A stretch of DNA of 64,000 bases from Candidatus Tectimicrobiota bacterium. GTDB taxonomy: Bacteria; JACPUC01. The translations under genes and the position numbers were made by a program. The notes under the pieces are model-generated. The model searched no databases. It was not told where the DNA came from and was given only the letters and a program-made list of their open reading frames with translations. Positions 56,996-64,000 of this stretch are shown piece after piece (positions within the stretch are counted from its first letter, which is position 1; every line of letters begins with the position of its first letter). The stretch is taken from NCBI GenBank assembly GCA_016192455.1, contig JACPUC010000008.1:1-64000 (forward strand), read 5' to 3'.

Positions 56996-57784
56996 TCAGG
57001 CGCGCGCAAACGCCTTGCAGCACCATTCAAGGGTGAGATCGAGCAGCGCCGGCAGCACTTCGTGCAGGCCGTGGCTGCCCTCCTCGAAGAGGACGAGCCG
57101 CTTCAGCCCGCGCGCCCAGGCGTGGAGCTGCTCGCTCTGCGCGTAGGGGACCACGTCGTCGCGCTTGCCGTGCGCGAAGAGGGTCGCCACACCCCCGAGG
57201 GCGGCAAGGCAGTCGGCGAAGCGATAGGTCGCGAAGTCGTCCAGGAAGGCCGGGGTGATGACGTAGGTCCGTCCCTCCTCCGCGCGCCTGACGGTCTCGC
57301 CGCGGCGCAGGGCGGCGAGGTGCCGCGGCTCGCTGCCGGCGAGGACAGCGGCGAAGTCGCAGGTGGCGGCCCAGGTGACGACGGCGGCGACGCGCGGCGC
57401 CGTCCGCTGGCATTCACGAGCGGCGCAGAGGAGCGCCACGGGAGCGCCGAAGCTGCTGCCGGCAAAGGCCACCGCGGGCGTCGCCGGCAGGCGCCGCAGC
57501 GCCGCGTGGAGCAGCGCGCCGGCGTCCTCGACGCGCTGCGTCATGACGGAGGCGGCAAACTCCCCCTCGCTCTCGCCGATGCCGCTGTAGTCAAGGCGCA
57601 GGAGCGCCAGGCCCCTGGCTTCCGCGGCGGCTCCCAGGGCGACGTGCTTGGTGCCGTCCTTGCTGCTCATGAGGCCGGGGCAACTGACGATGAGCGGCCG
57701 CCGCCCGTCGCCCGCCGGCAGGTGGAGGATCCCCGCCAAGCGCTCGCCCCTGCTGTTCCTGGCTGTCAGCCGTTCCGTCGCCAC
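56996..57784 (-). CDS. Alpha/beta hydrolase
   Basis: DYSGIGESEG, GSSFG nucleophile elbow, HGKRDDVVP and GSH motifs; start tentative. Confidence 0.85.
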   Translation of the reverse strand: MATERLTARNSRGERLAGILHLPAGDGRRPLIVSCPGLMSSKDGTKHVALGAAAEARGLALLRLDYSGIGESEGEFAASVMTQRVEDAGALLHAALRRLPATPAVAFAGSSFGAPVALLCAARECQRTAPRVAAVVTWAATCDFAAVLAGSEPRHLAALRRGETVRRAEEGRTYVITPAFLDDFATYRFADCLAALGGVATLFAHGKRDDVVPYAQSEQLHAWARGLKRLVLFEEGSHGLHEVLPALLDLTLEWCCKAFARA

Positions 57785-57869
57785 GCCGGCACTTCCTGCT
57801 TCGGGGGGAAAGCCGCGCTTGCGGCGCATCCGCCAGCCCTTCCCCGCGTTCCGCCCCTCGCCTCCCCTT

Positions 57870-59312
57870 CTATTTCCTCCAGGTAGCGGGGTAGAGGAGG
57901 ACGAGGACGGTGAAAAACTCAAGCCGCCCCAGGAACATGTCGGCGATGAGCACGTACTTGCTCATCACGGGGAGCGCGGCAAAGTTGCTCATGGGGCCAA
58001 CGACGTTCAACCCCGGACCCGCGTTGGCAAGCGTCGTGGCCGTGGCGCTCACGGACGAGAGGAGATCAAGCCCATTCGCCGCCAAGAGGAAGGAGCTGAG
58101 GGCGAGCGCCCCGAGGTACAGGAAGAAATACCCAAGTATTTCCATCCCATCCTGCTCAGTCACGAACCTGTCATCCAAGTAAACCGGAATCACCGCCTCA
58201 GGGTAGAGCTGTCGCTTGACGCTGCGCAGGAGCAGGCGCACCAACACGACGACGCGAAACATCTTCAAACCTCCGCCCGTGGAGCCGGCGCAGGCCCCCA
58301 TGATCATCAGGATGACAAGGAGGAACTGGGCCGCCGAGGGCCAGAGCGCGAAATCGGCGGTGGCGAAGCCCGTCGTCGTCCCTATCGAGGCGACGTTGAA
58401 GAAGCTCTCCCGCAGCGCCGCGCCGACGGGCCGGGCGCTCTGCAGGACGAGGCTGAACGTAATGAAGAGGGTGAAGCTCAACAGCACGCCGAGGTAGACG
58501 AGCATCTCCGTGCTGCGCCAATAGGCTTTCAGGTCCCCTTTGCAGAGACGGTAGTGAAGGACGAAGTTCGCCCCTGACAACACCATGAAGATGACCACGA
58601 CCACCTCGATGTAGAGGCTGTGGTAGAAGCCGATGCTCAGGTTGCGGGTGGAGAAGCCGCCGGTGGCGACGGTCGCGAAGGCATGGTTGATGGCGTCGAA
58701 GAGCGACATTCCCCCCAACAACAGGAGGACCACTTCGAGCGCCGTGATGACGACGTAGACGACCCAGAGAATTTTCGCGGTGGAGGCGATGCGCGGGGTG
58801 AGGCGGTCGGTCACCGGCCCCGGCACCTCGGCGCGGAAGAGCTCCATGCCCCCCACCCCCAGGAAGGGGATGATCGCCACCGCCAGCATGATGATGCCCA
58901 TGCCGCCCAGCCAGTGGGTAAGCATGCGCCAAAAGAGGATGCCGTGCGGCAGCACTTCCACATCGGTGATCACCGAAGCGCCGGTGGTCGTGAAGCCGGA
59001 GATCGACTCGAAGAGTGCGTCCGTGAAGTTGGTGAGCGCGCCGCTCCGCAGGTAAGGAAGGGCCCCGGTCACCCCCATGACAATCCAGCCGAGGGTGACG
59101 GCGGCGAAGCTCTCCTTGAAGCGTAGCTCCTCGTCGGTCTTCGTCAGCCGGCGCAGGAGCCAGCCTCCGAGCAACACCGCGAGCGGCTCCAGGGTCCAGG
59201 TGAGGATTTCCCCATCGCCGTAGTACCAAGTCCAGACGATCGGCGTCAGCATGAAGCCGCCGAGCACCATGCAGAGCGTTCCGATGATGTGGAGGACGAG
59301 CTTGAGGTTCAT
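57870..59312 (-). CDS. trkH: Trk potassium uptake membrane protein
   Basis: FESISGFTTTGAS, WLGGMGII, ATGGFS and GACAGSTGGGLK motifs. Confidence 0.95.
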   Translation of the reverse strand: MNLKLVLHIIGTLCMVLGGFMLTPIVWTWYYGDGEILTWTLEPLAVLLGGWLLRRLTKTDEELRFKESFAAVTLGWIVMGVTGALPYLRSGALTNFTDALFESISGFTTTGASVITDVEVLPHGILFWRMLTHWLGGMGIIMLAVAIIPFLGVGGMELFRAEVPGPVTDRLTPRIASTAKILWVVYVVITALEVVLLLLGGMSLFDAINHAFATVATGGFSTRNLSIGFYHSLYIEVVVVIFMVLSGANFVLHYRLCKGDLKAYWRSTEMLVYLGVLLSFTLFITFSLVLQSARPVGAALRESFFNVASIGTTTGFATADFALWPSAAQFLLVILMIMGACAGSTGGGLKMFRVVVLVRLLLRSVKRQLYPEAVIPVYLDDRFVTEQDGMEILGYFFLYLGALALSSFLLAANGLDLLSSVSATATTLANAGPGLNVVGPMSNFAALPVMSKYVLIADMFLGRLEFFTVLVLLYPATWRK

Positions 59313-59545
59313 GGGGTCACCCTGCTCCATCACCCGCCGAGGGTCCGCTGGCCCCCCCTCCGGCGACGCCCGCGCATTGAACCCTGAAACGAGGCGCGAG
59401 TGCAAGGTTGAAGACGGGCGGCGGGGTCTGCGGGCTTCATGGGCGCGGCGCGCGCGCCGAACGCGGCGAGGCGCCGGATCGCACAGCGCGGCGAGAGGCC
59501 ACAGGCCAGGGGATGGCAGGAAGAGAGGAAAACACCAACCTTGGG

Positions 59546-60895
59546 TCAGGTGGAGAAGAACTTCTCGATCTTGGAGATAGCCTCCGGCAGCGTGAAGACG
59601 ATGACGTGATCGCCGGGTTCGATCTGCTGATCGCCGTTGGCGACGAGGGGCTGGCCATTGCGGACGATGGCGCCGATGATCGCCTTGTCGGGGAAATTGA
59701 GTTCGGAGAGCGGTTTCTTGAGGATCTTCGAGCCTGCCGTGGCCACCAGCTCGATCGCCTCCGCCTTGATCTCATGGAGGGCCGCTACCGACTCGATGTG
59801 GCCGCGGCGGATGAGCTTCAGGATGACGCCGGCGGCGATGAGCTGGGTGCTCACGGTGGCGTCGATGAGATTCAGCGAGGTGACCAGCGCCTGGTACTCC
59901 GGGTGCTGGATGAGGGCCGTCACCTTGGCGGCGCCGCACTGCTTCGCCAGGATCGAGGCGAGGATGTTGTCCTCGTCCTCGTTCGTCAAGGCGACGAAGG
60001 CGTCGCAGGCCTCGATGCCGGCGTTGCGCAGGGTCTGAATGTTGCGCGCCTTCCCCTGGATGACGAGGGTGTGGTGGAGGTCGCGGGAGAGTTCCTCGGA
60101 GCGCTCGCGGTTCTCCTCGATGAGCCGCACGTCCACCGACTCCGCCTCCAAGCGAAGGGCGAGGTAGCGCGCGGTCTTGCCGCCGCCGGCGATGACCACG
60201 CGCCGGGCGCGCGTTTGGCTGATGCCCGCCATCTGCAGCGCCTGGGGAATCTGCTCCACCGCGCCCATGACGTAGAGGTGGTCGCCGGCAAGGATCAGCT
60301 CATCGCCGTGCGGGATGATGGACTGCTGGTTGCGCTCGATCACCACGAGGCGGACGCGCTGCACGCCCGGGTGTCCGGCGAGTTCCGCCAAGGTGTGGTC
60401 GATGAGCGGGTTCCCCTCCTCCACCTCGAAGCCGACAAGCTGCACCAGACCGTCGGCGAAGGTCTGCGACTCGATGAGCTCGCGGGCCATGAGGAGGCGC
60501 ATGAGCTCGTCGGCGCAAAGCTTCTCCGGATTGACCACGAGATCGATGCCGAGGGCCTCCTGGTGCAGGCCGTGGTGCGGCGCGAAGTACTCCTCGTTGC
60601 TCACCCGCGTGATGATGCGCGGCACGCCGTAGCGCGACGCCACCATCGAGGCGACGATGTTCACCTCGTCGTGGTTTGTCACGGCGATGAACATGTCGGC
60701 CGCGTTGATGCTGGCCTTCTCGAGGACCTGCGGGCTGGAACCGTTGCCCACGAGGGCCAAGAGATCGTACTTGCCGCCGGCGCTGGCGATGCGCTCCGGA
60801 TCGCTGTCGATGAGCACGATGTTGTGGTTTTCGCTGACCAGCTTGGCGGCCAGGAACGACCCCACCTCACCCGCACCGCTGATGACGATATGCAC
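59546..60895 (-). CDS. trkA: Trk system NAD-binding protein
   Basis: GAGEVG and GGGKTA Rossmann motifs, twin RCK domains, next to trkH. Confidence 0.95.
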   Translation of the reverse strand: MHIVISGAGEVGSFLAAKLVSENHNIVLIDSDPERIASAGGKYDLLALVGNGSSPQVLEKASINAADMFIAVTNHDEVNIVASMVASRYGVPRIITRVSNEEYFAPHHGLHQEALGIDLVVNPEKLCADELMRLLMARELIESQTFADGLVQLVGFEVEEGNPLIDHTLAELAGHPGVQRVRLVVIERNQQSIIPHGDELILAGDHLYVMGAVEQIPQALQMAGISQTRARRVVIAGGGKTARYLALRLEAESVDVRLIEENRERSEELSRDLHHTLVIQGKARNIQTLRNAGIEACDAFVALTNEDEDNILASILAKQCGAAKVTALIQHPEYQALVTSLNLIDATVSTQLIAAGVILKLIRRGHIESVAALHEIKAEAIELVATAGSKILKKPLSELNFPDKAIIGAIVRNGQPLVANGDQQIEPGDHVIVFTLPEAISKIEKFFST

Positions 60896-60979
60896 GCCCC
60901 GGCTCCTTCTCTTCGCCTCACCCCACGTGACGCCACGGTCCGCGGCCGCGTTCCCTGGCCGGCGAGGGGCGGCCCCGCC

Positions 60980-62521
60980 TCAGACACCCGCCCGCAGGGC
61001 CTGCACGGCTGCCGCCGGGTGCGCGGCCCAGGTGCGTAGGAGCTGGGCAACCAGCCGCACCCCCGCTCCCGAGGGACCCTTCGGCACGTAGGGGCGGGCC
61101 TCGTCCACCCAGGCGGTGCTGGCGATGTCGAGGTGCAGCCACGGCACCTCGCCCACGAACTGCCGCAGAAAGAGCCCCGCCGTAATCGTGCCGGCCGGCG
61201 CCCCGCCGGAATTCTTCACATCGGCCACGTCGCTCTTGATGAGCTCGAAGTACTCGTCCCATAGCGGCAGGTGCCAGACGCGCTCGCCGCTCAGCGCCGC
61301 CGCGGCTTCACAACGTTCGCGCAGGGCGCGGTGGTTCCCCATCATGGCGATCGCTAAGGGCCCCACGGCGATGCGGCACGCCCCGGTAAGGGTGGCGAGA
61401 TCGATCATCGCCGCGGGCGAGAAGCGCTGCGCGTAGGCGAGGGCATCCGCCAGGATCAGGCGCCCCTCGGCATCGGTGTTCACCACCTCGATGGTCTTGC
61501 CGGAGAGCGACCGGAGGATGTCGCCCGGCTTGTAGGCCGTGGCGCCCGGCAGGTTCTCGGTGGCCGGCAGCAGCCCCACGATGTTGAGCCGCAGGCCCAG
61601 GCTGGCCACCGCCTTGAGGATGGCAAGCGTGGCCGCGGCGCCGGCCATGTCGTACTTCATGCGCTCCATGTTCTCGGCGGTCTTCAGGGAGATGCCGCCG
61701 CTGTCGAAGGTGATCCCCTTGCCGATGACGACGATCGGCGCAGCCTCAGGCTCCCCGCCCCGGTATTCGAGGATGCTCAGGGTGGGCGGCTCGGCGCTTC
61801 CCCGGGCGACGCCGAGGAGGGCGCCGAACCCCAGCTCCTGAAGCTGCGGCTTCTCCAGCACCGTGCAGCGCAGCCCGTGGGCCGCCGCCACCTGCCGCGC
61901 GCACTCCGCCAGCGTCGTGGGGGTGAGCAGATTGCTCGGCCTGGCGACGAGGTCGCGGGCAAAGCAGACGGCCGCCGCGATCTTCCGCCCCGCCTCGAGC
62001 CCGCGCTCGAACGTCGGCAGGGTATCCCCATCCTGCCAGAGGAGGCGGGCGGTGAGGTGCGCCGCGCCGTTCTCCTCCGCCTTCGTCTTCAGCTCCCGGA
62101 AGCCGTAGGTGCCGAGGAGCATCCCCTCCACCGCGGCCTGCGCGGCCTCCCCGATGCCGGCGATGAGCCGTTGCCGGCCGGGGATGCTGAGCGCAAGTTG
62201 CGGCACCTTCAACCTCGCGGCAGCCGCGGCGAGGCGCGCGCTGGCCTCGCGCACCTTTTCCAGGGTGAAGCCCTCCGCCTTCCCCAAACCGATGAGGATC
62301 GCACGCCCGGCGCGGGCCGCCGGGGGCAGGTAGAGGACCAGCTCTTCGCCCTCCTTGCCGCTGAAGTCACCTCGCTCCAGGACCCCCCGGATCAGCCCGC
62401 CGCTCCGCGCGTCGAGCTCGGCAGCCTCCCCCGACACCACGCCGCCATCGGCGAAGAGGCCGAGCCCTATCGCCGCCGCGCGTTGCGTTGCAAGGCTACC
62501 CACGACAGCATGGATCTCCAT
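60980..62521 (-). CDS. pepA: Leucyl aminopeptidase (M17)
   Basis: GKGITFDSGGISLK, MKYDMAG, NTDAEGRL and DLATLTGA motifs. Confidence 0.95.
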   Translation of the reverse strand: MEIHAVVGSLATQRAAAIGLGLFADGGVVSGEAAELDARSGGLIRGVLERGDFSGKEGEELVLYLPPAARAGRAILIGLGKAEGFTLEKVREASARLAAAAARLKVPQLALSIPGRQRLIAGIGEAAQAAVEGMLLGTYGFRELKTKAEENGAAHLTARLLWQDGDTLPTFERGLEAGRKIAAAVCFARDLVARPSNLLTPTTLAECARQVAAAHGLRCTVLEKPQLQELGFGALLGVARGSAEPPTLSILEYRGGEPEAAPIVVIGKGITFDSGGISLKTAENMERMKYDMAGAAATLAILKAVASLGLRLNIVGLLPATENLPGATAYKPGDILRSLSGKTIEVVNTDAEGRLILADALAYAQRFSPAAMIDLATLTGACRIAVGPLAIAMMGNHRALRERCEAAAALSGERVWHLPLWDEYFELIKSDVADVKNSGGAPAGTITAGLFLRQFVGEVPWLHLDIASTAWVDEARPYVPKGPSGAGVRLVAQLLRTWAAHPAAAVQALRAGV

Positions 62522-62957
62522 GCGCCATTCCCTTGCCGATCGCTAGTTGCAATGGGGTCGCCAGAGATATTCGTTCAGGAGGAGTTTGGAAGCGAACGAC
62601 CTGGCGCTCAACATGAGGTCAGCTCCAGCCAGGAGGTCCAGGCGCGGTCGGTGGCGTGCACCATGGCCGGGCAGAGCGGCAAACCGCGACCCTCTCGCCC
62701 ACCTGGCCACGATGCTGGCCAGCGCACGAGCACGACTGCGGGATCAGCTCTCCTGCGCTCTGCTGGGGAGTGTAGGACCGCTTCCTCCCCCCTGTCCAGT
62801 GCGAAAATCCCCTTCCATCCCCCCGGGAAACTCCGTCGCCGCGCCAGGACATTGCGGGCAGGACGCCGCTATGGTAGAGGAATGAACCTGGAGCGGAGGA
62901 GCGCGGGCAGCCATCGCGCCGAGCTGCGACGCCTCCCCGACCCTGACGAGGTTCCCC

Positions 62958-64000
62958 ATGGACGAGAGCACCAGCGCGAACATTGCAGCCGCCCGCACGC
63001 TCCCCGGCGCGCGGCGGGACGAAACCCCGGATACGGGCGGCTTCGCCTCGCTCCTCGAAGTCTGGCGACGGCGTGCCGGCGAGTCACCCCAGCAGCCCTA
63101 TCTGACGTTCTATGACGAGGGCGGCGCCGCCGAGCGCCTGAGCTACGGCGCGTGCTGGGAGCGCATCGCACGGCTCGCCACCTACCTCACCGGCGAGCTG
63201 CGCCTGCGCCCCGGCGATCGCCTGGCCACGCTGATGGTGAACCACAGCGATACGGTGCTCCTCTACTTCGCGGCCTGGTGCGCCGGGCTCACCGTTGTAC
63301 CGATCAACGTCGAGGAGTCGCCCGAGCGCATCCGCTTCACGCTGGAGAACTCAGAGGCGCGGGCGCTCTTCGTCTACGGTCCCCTGCGGGAGAAGGCGGA
63401 GCACCTCGTTCTGGGTTTGGCGTCGCTCCAGCACATCGTCAGCATCGAGGCGGACGGCTGGGAGGGCGACTCCCGCTTCCGCCGCCGCGTGGCCGCTTGC
63501 TCGCCCGTCTTCGCGCCGAAGCAGGCGCCGGACGTCGATACCGAGGCGTTCATCGTCTACACCTCCGGCACCACCGGCACCCCCAAGGGAGTGATCCTGA
63601 CGCAGGGGAACCTCCTCGTCGATGCCGCCGCCATCGCCGCCTGGCACCGCATCGGCGCCGGCGCGCGGATGATGTGCGTGCTGCCGATCCACCACGTCAA
63701 CGGCACGGTGGTGACACTGCTGACGCCGCTGGTGGCGGGCGGCAGCGTGGTTCTGAACCGGCGCTTCCGCTCCGCCGGCTTCTGGCGCCGCGTTGCGGAG
63801 GAGGGCGTCGAGATCATCAGCGTCGTGCCGACGCTGCTGCAGTTCCTCCTCGAGGCGAAGGAGCGCCGCGACGGGCTGGACCTCCGTCGCCTGCGCCACT
63901 TCATCTGCGGCGCCGGCCCACTCACGGTCGATCTGGCGCGGCGCTTCGAGGAGCGCTTCGGCGTGCCGATCATGCACGGCTACGGCCTCTCCGAGACCAC
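62958..64000 (+). CDS. AMP-dependent acyl-CoA synthetase/ligase (partial, runs off window; not in ORF track)
   Basis: Manual translation MDESTSANI...LRPGDRLATL...IVYTSGTTGTPKGV...LPIHHVNG...HGYGLSET. Confidence 0.92.
   Translation, partial: MDESTSANIAAARTLPGARRDETPDTGGFASLLEVWRRRAGESPQQPYLTFYDEGGAAERLSYGACWERIARLATYLTGELRLRPGDRLATLMVNHSDTVLLYFAAWCAGLTVVPINVEESPERIRFTLENSEARALFVYGPLREKAEHLVLGLASLQHIVSIEADGWEGDSRFRRRVAACSPVFAPKQAPDVDTEAFIVYTSGTTGTPKGVILTQGNLLVDAAAIAAWHRIGAGARMMCVLPIHHVNGTVVTLLTPLVAGGSVVLNRRFRSAGFWRRVAEEGVEIISVVPTLLQFLLEAKERRDGLDLRRLRHFICGAGPLTVDLARRFEERFGVPIMHGYGLSET

Noticed and set aside
56048-64000. Novel system among ECH, hydrolase, trkAH, pepA and acyl-CoA ligase
   Set aside because: Ordinary housekeeping genes with no unusual structure seen.

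Overview
GC-rich window from a diderm bacterium, dominated by a ~52-kb cell-surface locus. The locus holds a near-complete type II secretion cluster (gspE,F,G,H,I,J,K,L,M,C,D; no prepilin peptidase seen) placed directly downstream of, and on the same strand as, glycan-synthesis genes (WbqC, DegT aminotransferase, GT2/GT4 enzymes, a WecA-type fusion). It also holds three paralogous TMTC-like GT-C/TPR membrane glycosyltransferases, a polyprenol-phosphate-mannose-synthase-like GT2, a GT9, a Wzm-type permease and five secreted, mostly large Ig-like-repeat proteins. One of these is a 1,526-aa Ser/Thr-rich S-layer candidate carrying both a dockerin-like and a cohesin-like domain. That gene has a near-consensus sigma70 promoter and a ~630-nt leader containing a perfect parS-type palindrome between two identical 38-bp repeats, and it is followed by a ~290-nt end-paired structured RNA candidate. 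An IS701-like element sits exactly at the wzm stop codon at the left edge. The right part is more ordinary: a copper-related pair (YcnI-like, CopD-like), enoyl-CoA hydratase, alpha/beta hydrolase, trkH/trkA, pepA and a truncated acyl-CoA ligase. Best candidate for a new system: TMTC-type protein glycosylation of a T2SS-exported, cohesin/dockerin-linked surface layer. All family calls come from motif recognition by eye; no searches were run.
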